DNA from: Candidatus Omnitrophota bacterium
GTDB taxonomy: Bacteria; Omnitrophota; Gorgyraeia; Zapsychrales; Zapsychraceae
Direction: 5' to 3'
DNA: 64,000 bases
NCBI GenBank assembly: GCA_016214285.1
Contig: JACROV010000079.1
Span: 6,855-70,854, forward strand
The translations under genes and the position numbers were made by a program. The notes below the pieces were generated by a model. That model saw nothing but the letters and a program-made list of their open reading frames with translations. It made no database searches and was not told where the DNA came from. Positions 1-11,106 of the stretch are shown in pieces. Within the stretch, counting starts at the first letter, position 1. The number at the start of each line of letters is the position of its first letter.

Positions 1-1800
1 CTGCTGGGAGAAGCCGGCGTCGGGAAAACGGCTATCGTTGAGGGACTTGCCCAATTGATCGTTAACGGCGATGTCCCGGAAGTGTTGCGCGACAAGACGA
101 TCGTCGTCCTGGACCTGGCCCTGATGATCGCGGGGACCAAATACCGCGGGCAGTTCGAAGAGCGCATTAAAGCGGTGATGGATGAGATCAAGCGGTCCGG
201 AAAACTTATTTTGTTCATCGATGAGTTGCATACCTTGGTCGGCGCAGGTGCCGCCGAGGGCGCTATCGACGCGGCCAATATCCTCAAACCCGCTCTCTCG
301 CGCGGGGAGATCCAGTGCATCGGCGCGACGACCCTGGATGAATACCGTAAACACATCGAGAAAGATGCCGCGCTCGAGCGCCGCTTCCAGACGATCATGG
401 TCGAACCTCCTTCAGTGGAGGAGGCCATTCAGATCCTTAAGGGCCTGCGTGATAAATACGAGGCGCATCACCGCGTGAAATTTTCCGATGAATCCCTCGA
501 CGCGTCCGTGCGGCTTTCGGACCGTTATATCTCCGGCCGGGCGCTGCCTGATAAGGCCGTGGATATTCTCGATGAGGCCGGGGCACGGGCGCGCTTGAAC
601 GTGATGGTCGTTCCCGACGGGATGAAAGAACTGGAAGAGAAGATCGAGTCGCTTAAAAAGGAAAAAGAATCGTATATCAAAAGTCAGGATTTCGAAAAGG
701 CCGCGCACATGCGTGATGTGGAGCGCGAAACGCGCACCAAGCTTGAAGAGATCAAAAAGAAATGGTCGGAGGAACGCGACAATGCGACACTTGTTATAGG
801 TTATGAAGAGGTGGCCAGGGTCGTTTCCCAGTGGACGAAAATACCGCTGATCCAGCTGGAAGAGGAAGAAACCAAGAAGCTGCTGAAAATGGAAGATCAT
901 CTGCGCAAGGTCGTCGTCGGGCAGGAAGAGCCGATCAGCGCGATCGCCCGCGCGGTGCGGCGTTCCCGCGCGGGGATCAAGAATCCGCGCCGGCCTATTG
1001 GTTCGTTCATCTTCCTGGGACCGACGGGGGTCGGAAAGACATTGCTGGCGCAGGCCTTGGCGGAATTCATGTTCGGCAGCAAGGATTCCCTCGTGCAGAT
1101 CGATATGTCCGAGTACATGGACAAGTTCAACGTGTCGCGTCTGATCGGCGCTCCGCCGGGGTACGTGGGATATGAAGAAGGGGGACAACTGACCGAGAAA
1201 GTGCGGCGCAAACCTTATTCGGTGGTTTTGCTCGACGAGATCGAAAAAGCGCATCCGGACGTTTTTAACATCCTCCTGCAGGTTTTCGAGGAGGGGCGCT
1301 TGACGGACAGCCTCAGCAGGAAGGTAGATTTTCGCAATACGATCATCCTGATGACCTCCAACGTCGGCGCGGATATGTTGCGTAAACAAGGATCGCTGGG
1401 ATTTGTTGCCCAGAAAGAGGAAGTCACTTACGAACACATGAAAGACCGCCTTTTGGAAGAGGTCAAGAAAACGTTTAAACCTGAATTCTTGAACCGGGTC
1501 GATGACATTATCGTCTTTAAGTCGCTGACCAAGGAGAATCTTCATGATATCGTTGAGCTGGAGATCGCCGATGTGGTCAAGCGTCTAAAGGACAGGCAGA
1601 TCGAAATGGAATTGACCAAAGACGCCATCGAGCTTCTCGTTGAAAAAGGTTTCGATCCGGTTTACGGGGCCAGACCGCTCAAAAGGACGATCCAGCGGCT
1701 TCTCGAAGACCCTATGGCGGAAGAGCTCCTTGTCGGTCGTTTTAAGGAAGGAAGCAAGGTTAAGGTCAGCCGTAAAGATGAGCAGTTTGTTTTTGTGTGA
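1..1800 (+). CDS. clpC: ATP-dependent Clp protease ATP-binding subunit ClpC (5' end outside window)
   Basis: Frame open from base 1 ([10 protein letters not shown] Walker A). FIDELH Walker B, UVR-like coiled coil, second AAA module [24 protein letters not shown] sensor. Confidence 0.95.
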   Translation: MLGEAGVGKTAIVEGLAQLIVNGDVPEVLRDKTIVVLDLALMIAGTKYRGQFEERIKAVMDEIKRSGKLILFIDELHTLVGAGAAEGAIDAANILKPALSRGEIQCIGATTLDEYRKHIEKDAALERRFQTIMVEPPSVEEAIQILKGLRDKYEAHHRVKFSDESLDASVRLSDRYISGRALPDKAVDILDEAGARARLNVMVVPDGMKELEEKIESLKKEKESYIKSQDFEKAAHMRDVERETRTKLEEIKKKWSEERDNATLVIGYEEVARVVSQWTKIPLIQLEEEETKKLLKMEDHLRKVVVGQEEPISAIARAVRRSRAGIKNPRRPIGSFIFLGPTGVGKTLLAQALAEFMFGSKDSLVQIDMSEYMDKFNVSRLIGAPPGYVGYEEGGQLTEKVRRKPYSVVLLDEIEKAHPDVFNILLQVFEEGRLTDSLSRKVDFRNTIILMTSNVGADMLRKQGSLGFVAQKEEVTYEHMKDRLLEEVKKTFKPEFLNRVDDIIVFKSLTKENLHDIVELEIADVVKRLKDRQIEMELTKDAIELLVEKGFDPVYGARPLKRTIQRLLEDPMAEELLVGRFKEGSKVKVSRKDEQFVFV

Positions 1801-1827
1801 TGTGCCCATAGGAGAGGCAGGAGCTTC

Positions 1828-2823
1828 ATGAGAGCAAAAGTTTTGGTGGCGGGGTGTGTCTTTGCCCTGCTTTTTGTTCCTTGTGCTTTTGCCAATGTCG
1901 TGGCCACCTTTTACGGACAGGTCGATTTTGCTCAAAAACAGTTTGACGTTACTTTGGATTTTTCCCATCTCCCGGGAAGCCCGCCTTTGGAAAACAAACA
2001 GTCATCGGTTGCCATCAGCGGCGCGAAAGTTTCCGATAAAGATTATCGTTTTTCCCTCAACATCGATCACCTCCGAACGCCCATCTGGAACCTTTTAAGC
2101 AAGATCGAAAGTTCCATTGAAGTTGACCCGCAAGCCGTTGGTAAAAGCGCGCCTATGGTGCGCGGCGAGATCTGGAGCCAAAATTCTCTTATCGACTATA
2201 AGCCTGTCCGCGAATTGACCGGTCATTTCGAGATCAAGGACAGTCAATTATTGCTGGAATCTTTGTCTTTCGGGAACCTGAGCTGCCAGGGATCGCTGGA
2301 TCTGGTCTATCCTTACAAGATGGACATGAAGGTTTTGCTGCATGACGTCGCGATGGAAGATTTCCTGAATTTTTGGGCCGGGAATAAAGGATATAAATCT
2401 TCTGGCACCGTTTCCGGCGAGATCGGCGTCTCAGGCACGTGGAGCCGGATCGGCCTAAAGGGCAGTCTGGAAAGTCACGACGGATATGTTGAACAGTTGG
2501 AGTATAACAGCCTCCATCTTAACGTCCAGGGCGTTTATCCGCAGTTGAGCATCGGGCAATCTACGATCTCCAAGGCGGATGGGGTGAGTTTTGCCTTCAG
2601 CGGGCCCGTCGATCTAAGCGATCAGGAGAATTTTACAAGGCAGATCGGCGCGCTGGTCCTTTCGCCGCTGGTGAGCGATTCGTCCTCCGAAAGGGAATGG
2701 ACGATCAAACGATTGAATCAGCCTAATTCGGGGGCGACGGAGATCAAATATCTTTTGCGCAAAGAGGACAAATCCGACGGCGCCTCCGGTATGTTGGGCG
2801 TTCAACGAACAATGAGTTTTTAA
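1828..2823 (+). CDS. Exported hypothetical protein, possibly AsmA/TamB-like beta-rich
   Basis: N-terminal signal peptide, Gly-rich alternating beta-strand pattern, directly upstream of mlaEFD. Family assignment is inference. Confidence 0.55.
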   Translation: MRAKVLVAGCVFALLFVPCAFANVVATFYGQVDFAQKQFDVTLDFSHLPGSPPLENKQSSVAISGAKVSDKDYRFSLNIDHLRTPIWNLLSKIESSIEVDPQAVGKSAPMVRGEIWSQNSLIDYKPVRELTGHFEIKDSQLLLESLSFGNLSCQGSLDLVYPYKMDMKVLLHDVAMEDFLNFWAGNKGYKSSGTVSGEIGVSGTWSRIGLKGSLESHDGYVEQLEYNSLHLNVQGVYPQLSIGQSTISKADGVSFAFSGPVDLSDQENFTRQIGALVLSPLVSDSSSEREWTIKRLNQPNSGATEIKYLLRKEDKSDGASGMLGVQRTMSF

Positions 2824-2838
2824 CTTTGGCTCTTCATT

Positions 2839-3627
2839 ATGTGGAATTATTTTAAATCATTTCCAGGGGGCGCGGTTTCCCGGCTGGTTCTTTATATCGG
2901 GGAGATCGCGGTTCTTTTCGGACAAACCGTTTATTTGTGTTTCGTCCCGCCGTTTAAGGGTGAACGGGTCCTTATTCAATCCAAACAGATAGGCCCGGGC
3001 AGCTTTTTTATTTCAGCGCTGGTCGCGTTTTTTATCGGAATGATCATGGCCCTGCAGATGGCGTACCAGATGACCAAGCTGTCCGCGGAGATCTATATCC
3101 CCAACGTCATCGCGGTCTCATTGACCCGGGAACTCGCCCCCGTTTTGACGGCGCTCATCGTCGCCGGCCGCGTCGGGGCCGGCATTACGGCGGAATTAGG
3201 ATCCATGACGGTCACTGAACAAGTCGAGGCCCTCAAGGCGTTTGCCGTCAACCCGATCAAATATCTCGTCGTGCCGCGATTTTTGGCGCTTATTGTGATG
3301 CTGCCGATGTTGAGCATTTTCGCGGACTTGATCGGGATCATGGGCGGATTCGTCATCTGTGTGACCAAGCTTTATATCAGTCCGGCATTGTATTTTACGA
3401 TGATCGCCGAATCACTGGCGATCAAGGATGTCATGACGGGGTTGTTCAAGACGATCTTCTTCGGCGCTATTATCGCGCTGGTGGGGTGCCACCAGGGATT
3501 GAACGTCAGAAGCGGCGCGGAAGGGGTGGGAAGGGCGACCACGATCTCGGTCGTGGCTTCGTTTATTTTGATCATCGTGGTCGATTGTTTGTTCACAACT
3601 TTTTTTTATTTCGTATTGCACGTATAA
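2839..3627 (+). CDS. mlaE: MlaE family ABC permease
   Basis: RELAPVLTALIVAGRVGAGITAELGSM..EQVEAL motif and GAEGVGRATT. Confidence 0.93.
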   Translation: MWNYFKSFPGGAVSRLVLYIGEIAVLFGQTVYLCFVPPFKGERVLIQSKQIGPGSFFISALVAFFIGMIMALQMAYQMTKLSAEIYIPNVIAVSLTRELAPVLTALIVAGRVGAGITAELGSMTVTEQVEALKAFAVNPIKYLVVPRFLALIVMLPMLSIFADLIGIMGGFVICVTKLYISPALYFTMIAESLAIKDVMTGLFKTIFFGAIIALVGCHQGLNVRSGAEGVGRATTISVVASFILIIVVDCLFTTFFYFVLHV

Positions 3628-4400
3628 TGATCGAGATAGCGCATTTGCACAAATCGTTCGGCAACCACGTCATCCTCAATGACTTGAATCTCACGATCAA
3701 GGAAGGGGAGACGAAGGTCATCATCGGCCGTTCGGGAACCGGGAAAAGCGTTCTTTTGAAGAACATCATCGGGATCCTGCGCCCCGATTTTGGCTCGATC
3801 AAAATCAGCGGCACGGAAGTCACAACCCTTAATGAGCGCGATTACAATAAGATCCGCATGCAGATGGGGATGGTGTTTCAGGGCGGGGCCCTGTTCGATT
3901 CGATGAACGTCGCCGAGAACGTGGCGTTCGTCCTGGATGAATTCATGAGCGTGGACAAAAAAACGGTCCGGGCGAAGGTTGAGCGGTGCTTGGGGATGGT
4001 GGGCTTATCCGGTATCGAAGAAATGATGCCGTCGGAATTAAGCGGCGGGATGAAAAAGCGTGTGAGTCTGGCAAGAGTTTTGTGCATGGAACCGCGGATC
4101 ATTTTTTATGACGAACCGACGACCGGAGTTGACCCCATCACATCTGATGTCATCAACAACTTGATCGTTGATCTGCGCCATAAGCTTAAAGTGACCTCGA
4201 TCGTGGTCACGCATGACATGAATTCGGCGTATAAAGTGGCCGATAACATCGCGATGCTCTATCACGGGCAGGTGGTGGCCGAAGGGACGCCGCAAGAAAT
4301 TCAGAGCACGAAACATCCGGTCGTCAAGCAGTTCATCAACGGCGAGGCTAGGGGCCCTATTACGGAAAACGAAAACCTGATTTTTGGATACACAGACTAA
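3627..4400 (+). CDS. mlaF: MlaF/Mkl family ABC ATPase (start reassigned to ATG 3627)
   Basis: GRSGTGKS, LSGGMKKR, YDEPTTG. ATG overlaps the mlaE TAA. Confidence 0.92.
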   Translation: MIEIAHLHKSFGNHVILNDLNLTIKEGETKVIIGRSGTGKSVLLKNIIGILRPDFGSIKISGTEVTTLNERDYNKIRMQMGMVFQGGALFDSMNVAENVAFVLDEFMSVDKKTVRAKVERCLGMVGLSGIEEMMPSELSGGMKKRVSLARVLCMEPRIIFYDEPTTGVDPITSDVINNLIVDLRHKLKVTSIVVTHDMNSAYKVADNIAMLYHGQVVAEGTPQEIQSTKHPVVKQFINGEARGPITENENLIFGYTD

Positions 4401-4424
4401 CAAACGTAACAAACGGAGATCTAT

Positions 4425-5111
4425 ATGCCCAAAGAAAAGAGTCTCGAATTCAAAGTTGGTTTTTTTGTCCTGCTTGCGTTGATCGGTTTGGCAGTTTTTA
4501 TATTTTCCATCACAGACTCCCCGATTTTTGAGGGGGGCAAGACGCTCAAGGCGGTTTTTAATTTCGCCAACGGCTTGAAAAAAAGCGCGCCGGTGCGTAT
4601 CGCCGGGGTGGATCAGGGGATCGTTAAAGAGATCAAATTGTTTTTTGACCCGCATGTCCGCAAGGCCAAGGCCGAGATCGTGCTTTGGGTGAAAAAAGAC
4701 GTCCAGATCCCCCAAGATTCTACCATTATGATCAACCAACTGGGGTTGATGGGTGAAAAGTACATCGAGATCACGCCGGGAGCGGACACCCGGGAATTCC
4801 TTCAGGAGGGACAGGTGATGGTGGGCATCGACCCCATCGCCCAGGAAGCGATCGCCCAGAAGGTCATGGAAGTTGCTTCCGGTCTCGATAAAATGATCAG
4901 CGATGAGAAAACAAAGAATTCGATCAGCGCCACTCTGGAGAACTTGAGCCTGGTGACCGGGAATTTAAGAGATATTACCTCAAGCGTCAAGGACGGTAAA
5001 GGGACCTTGGGCAGGATCCTTTACGACGAGCGGTTGTATGATGATCTGCAGGGGCTCACCGCGGATTTGAAAACGAATCCCTGGAAACTTTTATACCGGC
5101 CGAAGAAATAG
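4425..5111 (+). CDS. mlaD: MlaD/MCE family protein
   Basis: N-terminal TM (EFKVGFFV), GL..APVRIAGV..G, GLMGEKYIEITPG. Confidence 0.92.
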   Translation: MPKEKSLEFKVGFFVLLALIGLAVFIFSITDSPIFEGGKTLKAVFNFANGLKKSAPVRIAGVDQGIVKEIKLFFDPHVRKAKAEIVLWVKKDVQIPQDSTIMINQLGLMGEKYIEITPGADTREFLQEGQVMVGIDPIAQEAIAQKVMEVASGLDKMISDEKTKNSISATLENLSLVTGNLRDITSSVKDGKGTLGRILYDERLYDDLQGLTADLKTNPWKLLYRPKK

Positions 5112-5125
5112 GATTTTTTCGAAAA

Positions 5126-6487
5126 ATGAAGACCAAAACACTTTTTGTCTGCCAGAACTGCGGTACCCAATCTCCCAAGTGGGTCGGACGATGTCCGGGC
5201 TGCCAGACCTGGAATACGTTCGTCGAGGAAACCGCGCCTTCGGCTATCGAAGAAAGAACGGGGATCGTTTTTAAGGACGAGCCGGTCCTTCTCAATGAAA
5301 TTTCCACGGAACAAAAAGAGCGCTGGACGACGGGCATCAGCGAGTTCGACCGTGTTGTCGGCGGCGGCATCGTGCAGGGTTCGGTGACGCTCATCGGCGG
5401 CGATCCGGGAATAGGCAAGTCGACCCTTTCTCTGCAGGTCGCCTCGGCATTAAGTCAAAAGGGCCTCAAGATCCTTTATGTCAGCGGTGAGGAATCCGTC
5501 CAGCAAACCCGTCTGCGCGCCCAGCGTCTGGGAGCCGGGGCCAACAAATCTTTATATATCGTCAACCAGGTCGATCTCGATACAATTGTGGGTTATATCG
5601 AGAAAATGGCGCCGGAGGTCGTGGTTGTTGACTCCATCCAGGTTTTGTACAGCGCAGAGATCTCATCTTCCCCGGGAAGTGTTAGTCAGGTGCGGGATTG
5701 CGCGGCCATCTTGACCCATTTGGTCAAGATCAAAGGCATTTCCCTGTTTATTATCGGCCACGTCACCAAAGATGGAATGCTCGCCGGCCCGCGGGTGCTG
5801 GAGCATATCGTTGATACGGTCCTGTATTTTGAGGGCGAGCGGTATTCGATGTACCGGGTGCTGCGCGCGACCAAGAACAGGTTCGGGTCGACCAACGAGA
5901 TCGGCGTTTTCGAAATGGCCTCGGCCGGCTTGATCGAGGTTTCCAACCCGTCGGAAATATTTTTGTCCGAACGCCCGCACGATAGTTCAGGGTCGGTCGT
6001 GGTGCCTATTATCGAAGGAACGCGTCCGTTCCTGGTGGAGATCCAGGGACTGATCAGCCGTTCGAACTTCGGCATGGTCCGCCAAAAGGCGCAAGGGTTC
6101 GACGCCAACCGTTTGGCCATGCTCGTTGCTGTTTTAGAGAAACGCTTGGATCTTAATTTGCAGGATAAGGATATTTTTTTGAACGTCGTTGGCGGTGTCA
6201 GGCTGATGGACCCGGCGGCGGATCTGGGGGTCGTGATCGCGGTAGCTTCCGCTTTGCTGGATAAACCGGTCGCGTTCGATACGGTCATTCTGGGAGAAGT
6301 CGGGCTTTCGGCGGAGGTGCGCAGCGTCCCGCAGATGGCCGTGCGTGTCCAGGAAGCCCAGAAGCTGGGGTTCAAGCGCTGCATTGTTCCGCAAAACAAT
6401 TTGAAGATGAACAAGGAATTGGACGTCCGCGCGATAAAGATCATCGGTGTGGAAACGGTCAGGCAGGCGCTGGAGGAGCTGACATAA
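5126..6487 (+). CDS. radA: DNA repair protein RadA/Sms
   Basis: C4 zinc finger, GDPGIGKST, KNRFG motif, Lon-like C-terminus. Confidence 0.97.
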   Translation: MKTKTLFVCQNCGTQSPKWVGRCPGCQTWNTFVEETAPSAIEERTGIVFKDEPVLLNEISTEQKERWTTGISEFDRVVGGGIVQGSVTLIGGDPGIGKSTLSLQVASALSQKGLKILYVSGEESVQQTRLRAQRLGAGANKSLYIVNQVDLDTIVGYIEKMAPEVVVVDSIQVLYSAEISSSPGSVSQVRDCAAILTHLVKIKGISLFIIGHVTKDGMLAGPRVLEHIVDTVLYFEGERYSMYRVLRATKNRFGSTNEIGVFEMASAGLIEVSNPSEIFLSERPHDSSGSVVVPIIEGTRPFLVEIQGLISRSNFGMVRQKAQGFDANRLAMLVAVLEKRLDLNLQDKDIFLNVVGGVRLMDPAADLGVVIAVASALLDKPVAFDTVILGEVGLSAEVRSVPQMAVRVQEAQKLGFKRCIVPQNNLKMNKELDVRAIKIIGVETVRQALEELT

Positions 6488-6492
6488 TAATA

Positions 6493-6577
6493 GTTCGTTG
6501 GGTTTGCAGGGTTGATTGAGTTTGTTGGGTTGGTAAAACACAACAAACCCAATGGACACAATAAACCCAATCAACTT
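6493..6577. repeat. Intergenic imperfect hairpin built from ~9-nt repeats
   Basis: Left arm GT-rich (gttgggttt/gttgattga/gttgggttg), right arm complementary (aacccaatg/aacccaatc). Confidence 0.6.
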
Positions 6578-6591
6578 ACCTGGAGTTCTTT

Positions 6592-7635
6592 ATGACATTA
6601 CTGTTCATCCGCAGCCTGTTCGTGATTATGAGCGGGGTCGTCGGGTATTACATTGGCATGCTCGTCCAGTATCCGCTTTTGGGAACGGAGCTGGGCTGTT
6701 TGGGCGGTTTGACCATTATTTTCATTGAGCACCGGTTGCAGCGCGTTTCGGTGAAGGGTTTATCGAGCATGGTTTTCGGCCTGCTCTTAGGTATCTTCAT
6801 GGCCAAATTGCTCTCTGATATTATTGCCTTGCTGCCGCTGGGGGAATTTGTCCATTCCATTTTACGGGTCGTGTTGACGCTGGTCTTTTCTTATTTCGGG
6901 GCGGTCATGGCGCTGCGCGGCAAGGATGAATTCAACGTGATCATCCCTTACGTGCGCTTCAAGCGCCAGGATGTGCGCGGCGAGGACGTCTTGCTCGACA
7001 CCAGCGCCATCATCGACGGCAGGGTTGTCGATATTTGCAAAACGAACTTTCTGACGGGGCGGCTCGTCGTGCCCCGCTGTGTCCTTCAGGAATTGCAAAA
7101 GATCTCCGATTCCGCCGATGACATCAAACGCGAACGCGGCCGGCGCGGCATGGAATTGCTGCGTCATATGCAAAAAGATTCCAGGATCGAGATCCATGTC
7201 CACGAAGAGGATTTGCCGGATATCGACAATGTGGATGAGAAGCTGGTCAAGCTCGCCCGGATGATGGATGCGCGTATTTGCACGACGGATTTTAATTTGG
7301 GCCGCATCGCCGTATTGCAGGGGGTTGAAGTTTTAAACATCCATGAACTGGTCAACGCGGTGAAATCCGTTGTCCTGACCGGGGAGAGGCTGGAGGTGAG
7401 GCTGGTGCGGGAAGGCAAAGAACCCGGCCAGGCCGTCGCCTTTCTGGAGGACGGCACGATGATCGTGGTCGGCGACGCCCAGAAATTGATCGGCAAAAAA
7501 GTCACCGTCGCCGTGACCTCGGTTTTACAGACGCAGGCCGGTAAAATGATCTTCGCCAGGCTTCCGATAGGCTCCCTTCGGCCAAAGGCTCCTCCCCCTC
7601 GGGGGACCTCTGGCCGCGGGGAGGAGGAGAAATGA
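6592..7635 (+). CDS. PIN/TRAM domain membrane protein (YacL-like)
   Basis: Four N-terminal TMs, LLDTSAIIDGR PIN motif, GKEPGQAVAFLEDGTMIVV TRAM domain. Conserved radA-PIN/TRAM-ispD order. Confidence 0.92.
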   Translation: MTLLFIRSLFVIMSGVVGYYIGMLVQYPLLGTELGCLGGLTIIFIEHRLQRVSVKGLSSMVFGLLLGIFMAKLLSDIIALLPLGEFVHSILRVVLTLVFSYFGAVMALRGKDEFNVIIPYVRFKRQDVRGEDVLLDTSAIIDGRVVDICKTNFLTGRLVVPRCVLQELQKISDSADDIKRERGRRGMELLRHMQKDSRIEIHVHEEDLPDIDNVDEKLVKLARMMDARICTTDFNLGRIAVLQGVEVLNIHELVNAVKSVVLTGERLEVRLVREGKEPGQAVAFLEDGTMIVVGDAQKLIGKKVTVAVTSVLQTQAGKMIFARLPIGSLRPKAPPPRGTSGRGEEEK

Positions 7636-8327
7636 CAACAAAAGCCATTATTGCCGCGGGCGGTTTGGGAACGCGTTTAAAGACGATCCACCCAAAGCCG
7701 CTGGTCATGCTCAACGGTAAACCGCTTCTTGCCTACAGCGTTGAGGTCTTCGACAAATTCCCCTTGATCGACGGTATTATTATCGTTACGCATGAATACC
7801 ATGTCCTGGACGTGGAGGACGTGGTCCGGCATTATAACCTTCAGAAAATAGAGCGTATCGTCATCGGCGGCGAAACGCGTTCGGCCTCCGTTTATAACGG
7901 CCTGCGCGAAGCCGGGGAGAAGACGGATATCGTGGTCATCCACGACGGGGCCAGACCGCTCATCAAGGCCCAGACGATCCAGAAGGCCATTGAGCAATGT
8001 AAAATTCACGGGGCGGCCGTCGTCGGTGTTAAGGTCAAGCCCACGATCAAGAGGGTCGATCCTCTGAGTTTATTTGTGCGCGAGACATTGAACCGCGGCG
8101 AACTTTGGGAGATCCAGACTCCGCAGGTATTTAACCGTGAGCTTCTTTTAAAAGCTTATGCCCAAAAGGGTGCTGAAGATCCCACCGATGACGCTGGCCT
8201 GGTCGAGCGTATGGGTGTTCCGGTCAAGGTCGTTGAGGGCGATTATGAGAATATCAAGATCACGACCAATGAAGACCTGGTTTTGGCCGAAGCGTTCTTG
8301 AGCGCCCGCGCGAATATCCTAGTATAG
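7632..8327 (+). CDS. ispD: 2-C-methyl-D-erythritol 4-phosphate cytidylyltransferase
   Basis: AAGGLGTR, GGETRSASV, IHDGARP, QTPQ, TDDA, NIKIT. Confidence 0.95.
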   Translation: MTTKAIIAAGGLGTRLKTIHPKPLVMLNGKPLLAYSVEVFDKFPLIDGIIIVTHEYHVLDVEDVVRHYNLQKIERIVIGGETRSASVYNGLREAGEKTDIVVIHDGARPLIKAQTIQKAIEQCKIHGAAVVGVKVKPTIKRVDPLSLFVRETLNRGELWEIQTPQVFNRELLLKAYAQKGAEDPTDDAGLVERMGVPVKVVEGDYENIKITTNEDLVLAEAFLSARANILV

Positions 8328-8329
8328 CC

Positions 8330-8806
8330 ATGCATAGCAGAATAGGAATAGGTTACGACATCCATCGCTTCGTGAAGGGACGCAAGCTCATCCTGGGCGG
8401 TGTGGCGATCCCGCATCCGAAGGGGCTGGACGGACATTCGGATGCCGATGTTGTGTTGCACGCCGTCAGCGACGCGCTTTTGGGGGCCGCGGGCAAAGGC
8501 GATATCGGAGAGCATTTCCCCAACACGGACAAAAAATATAAAAACATCTCGAGCTTGGTCTTGCTGGACCAGGTTTGCGAGCTGATTGCCAAAGAAGGAT
8601 ACAGGGTGGGCAACGTTGATGTGGTCATCCAGGCCGAGGAGCCGAACCTTAAAGACTATAAACCGCGGATGAAGGCTGCAATCGCGAAAGCATTGCATAT
8701 TGACGGGAGCTTTGTTAATATTAAGGCCACCACCAGCGAAGGTTTGGGGGCGATTGGACAAGGGCAGGGGATTGCCGCGTTTGCGGTAGTTTTGTTGACT
8801 AAGTGA
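8330..8806 (+). CDS. ispF: MECDP synthase
   Basis: RIGIGYDIH, GHSDADV, GDIGEHFP, KATTSEGLG. Confidence 0.97.
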   Translation: MHSRIGIGYDIHRFVKGRKLILGGVAIPHPKGLDGHSDADVVLHAVSDALLGAAGKGDIGEHFPNTDKKYKNISSLVLLDQVCELIAKEGYRVGNVDVVIQAEEPNLKDYKPRMKAAIAKALHIDGSFVNIKATTSEGLGAIGQGQGIAAFAVVLLTK

Positions 8807-8829
8807 AGTATTGAGGCTAGTGGATTTTG

Positions 8830-8965
8830 AAGTTCGAAATTCGAAGCACGAAATACGAAACAAATCAAAAATCCTAAATTCTATTGTCCTAAACCAACTG
8901 TTTAGAATTTTAGATATTCGAATTTAAGTATTGTTTCGAATTTCGATATTCGTGCTTCGGATTTT
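8830..8965. repeat. Heptamer-based long intergenic hairpin (copy 1 of 3)
   Basis: aaattcgaagcacgaaatacgaaacaa ... ttgtttcgaatttcgatattcgtgcttcggattt. Homologous to 25478-25645 and 31456-31626. Confidence 0.8.
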
Positions 8966-8996
8966 AACAGGTCATATTTAAGAGCCAGGAGCAGGT

Positions 8997-9677
8997 ATGA
9001 CGTTTCTTTTTACGCTGGTTTTGATTTTCTTCGCGTGGGCGCTGATCATTTTTGTCTTTTTCAAGGCGGAGATCCAGTCCACCAAAGAGAGGGATCCGGC
9101 CGCCCGCGGGATCGCGGAGATCGTGCTTTTATACCCGGGGCTTCACGCGGTCGTGGCTCATCGGATCAATCATTTCCTCTGGAAAATGAAGATACCGCTT
9201 TTACCCAGGGCATTGTCCCAGTTGACGCGTTTTTTTACCGGTATCGAGATCCACCCTGGAGCAGAGATCGGCAAGGGACTTTTTATCGACCACGGCATGG
9301 GTGTCGTCGTCGGCGAAACGGCCATTGTCGGGGATAACGTTACGCTGTTTCAGGGGGTCACCCTGGGAGGCACGGGCAAGGAAACCGGCAAGCGGCATCC
9401 GACGATCGGCAATAATGTGGTCATCGGCGCCGGCGCCAAGGTCTTGGGCAATATTACCGTCGGCGGCAACAGTTACGTCGGTGCCAACGCGGTCATTATC
9501 CGGGACGTTCCCTCCAACGCCACGGTGGTCGGTGTCCCGGGCCATGTCACCAAACAAGAAGGTAAAAAGATGGATCTGCTGATGGACCATGTCCATACTT
9601 CGGATCCGGTGATGCAGCATATGAAAGATCTGGTCCGGCGGGTCAAGACGCTCGAAGATAAAACCCCGGGGCAATAG
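8997..9677 (+). CDS. cysE: Serine O-acetyltransferase (with a hydrophobic N-terminal extension)
   Basis: [32 protein letters not shown] hexapeptide repeats. Confidence 0.95.
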   Translation: MTFLFTLVLIFFAWALIIFVFFKAEIQSTKERDPAARGIAEIVLLYPGLHAVVAHRINHFLWKMKIPLLPRALSQLTRFFTGIEIHPGAEIGKGLFIDHGMGVVVGETAIVGDNVTLFQGVTLGGTGKETGKRHPTIGNNVVIGAGAKVLGNITVGGNSYVGANAVIIRDVPSNATVVGVPGHVTKQEGKKMDLLMDHVHTSDPVMQHMKDLVRRVKTLEDKTPGQ

Positions 9678-9699
9678 ATCTGTTCTTCATTGATCCCTC

Positions 9700-11106
9700 A
9701 TGACGATTCGCATTGTTAATTCTCTTACCAGGAGAAAAGAAGAGCTTGTGCCGTGTGACGGCAAGATCATCCGCATGTACTCCTGCGGGGTGACGGTCTA
9801 TGACCGCTGCCATATCGGGCACGCCCGCAGTCTGTATGTCTTTGATGTTATCCGGCGCTATCTTAAGTATCGCGGCTTTGATGTCAAGTTTGTCCGCAAC
9901 ATCACCGATGTCGACGATAAAATCATCAATAAAGCCCGGGAAACCGGGAGAAAGTTCGTGGATGTCGTCGCGGAAAATATCGCGGCCTATCAGGCGGACT
10001 TGAAAAGCCTCGGTATCCCGCCGGCGGATATCGAGCCGCGCGCCACCGAAAATATCCCGGAGATGATCAAGGACATCCAGGGCTTGATCCAGAAAGGATT
10101 TGCTTATACGGCCAATGGCGAGGTGTATTACGATGTGCGCAAATTCAAGGATTACGGAAAGCTCTCCGGTCAGAGTGTTGATAAAATGATGGAAGCGGTA
10201 CGCATCGAGCAGGATCAGAAAAAAAAGGACCCGCTCGATTTCGCCCTTTGGAAGAAATCCAAGGAGGATGAACCGTTCTGGGAAAGTCCGTGGGGCCGCG
10301 GAAGGCCGGGCTGGCACATCGAATGTTCCTGCATGAGCCTAAAGCATCTTAAGTGCGAGACTTTGGACATTCACGCCGGCGGGCGCGATCTGATCTTTCC
10401 CCATCATGAAAACGAGATCGCCCAGGCGCAGCCGCTGACGAACAAACCTTTCGCCAGATGCTGGATCCATCACGGGCTTTTGACCATCCAGGGACAGAAA
10501 ATGGCCAAGTCGCTGGGGAATTTCATCACTGTGCAGGACGCGCTTAAAAAATACAGCGTCGACCAGCTGAAGATGTTCTTTCTTTCCTCGCATTACGCCA
10601 GCCCCATTGATTTTTCCGGGGAAAAAATGCGGGAAACGCAAAAGGCGCTGGACCGGTTCGATGTCCTGTTCTGGAAAGCGTATCAGATGCTCGAAGGCAA
10701 AAAGCCGGTCGATCCCATCGAGGCCGAATTCATCACCAAACACCGCAATGAATTTATCGTTGCGATGGACGATGATTTTAATACGCCGATGGCACTGGGG
10801 TGTTTGTTTAATTTTATTAATGATACCAATAAATTCATCGATACGGCGCCCAAAGACGGCAATTATTTCGAAATTATTTTTCGGGCGGTCGACACGATCG
10901 AGAGTTTGTCCCGGAATATCCTGGGGTTGTTTCTTAAAGAGAAAGACAACGATCTGACGCAAGAGCAAAAGACGCTCCTGCAGCAGCGCCTGGATGCCCG
11001 AAGACAGAAGAATTTTAAACGCTCGGATGAGATCCGTGATCTGTTGAAGGAAAATGGAGTGATTGTCGAGGATACCAAAGACGGGCAGGTGTGGCGGTGG
11101 GCATGA
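9700..11106 (+). CDS. cysS: Cysteine--tRNA ligase
   Basis: CGVTVYD..HIGH, GRPGWHIECS, KMAKSLGN. Confidence 0.97.
   Translation: MTIRIVNSLTRRKEELVPCDGKIIRMYSCGVTVYDRCHIGHARSLYVFDVIRRYLKYRGFDVKFVRNITDVDDKIINKARETGRKFVDVVAENIAAYQADLKSLGIPPADIEPRATENIPEMIKDIQGLIQKGFAYTANGEVYYDVRKFKDYGKLSGQSVDKMMEAVRIEQDQKKKDPLDFALWKKSKEDEPFWESPWGRGRPGWHIECSCMSLKHLKCETLDIHAGGRDLIFPHHENEIAQAQPLTNKPFARCWIHHGLLTIQGQKMAKSLGNFITVQDALKKYSVDQLKMFFLSSHYASPIDFSGEKMRETQKALDRFDVLFWKAYQMLEGKKPVDPIEAEFITKHRNEFIVAMDDDFNTPMALGCLFNFINDTNKFIDTAPKDGNYFEIIFRAVDTIESLSRNILGLFLKEKDNDLTQEQKTLLQQRLDARRQKNFKRSDEIRDLLKENGVIVEDTKDGQVWRWA

Noticed and set aside
412-1545. Long antisense ORFs opposite clpC, radA, ricT, nirB, secA and others
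   Set aside because: Expected antisense shadows of GC3-rich genes.
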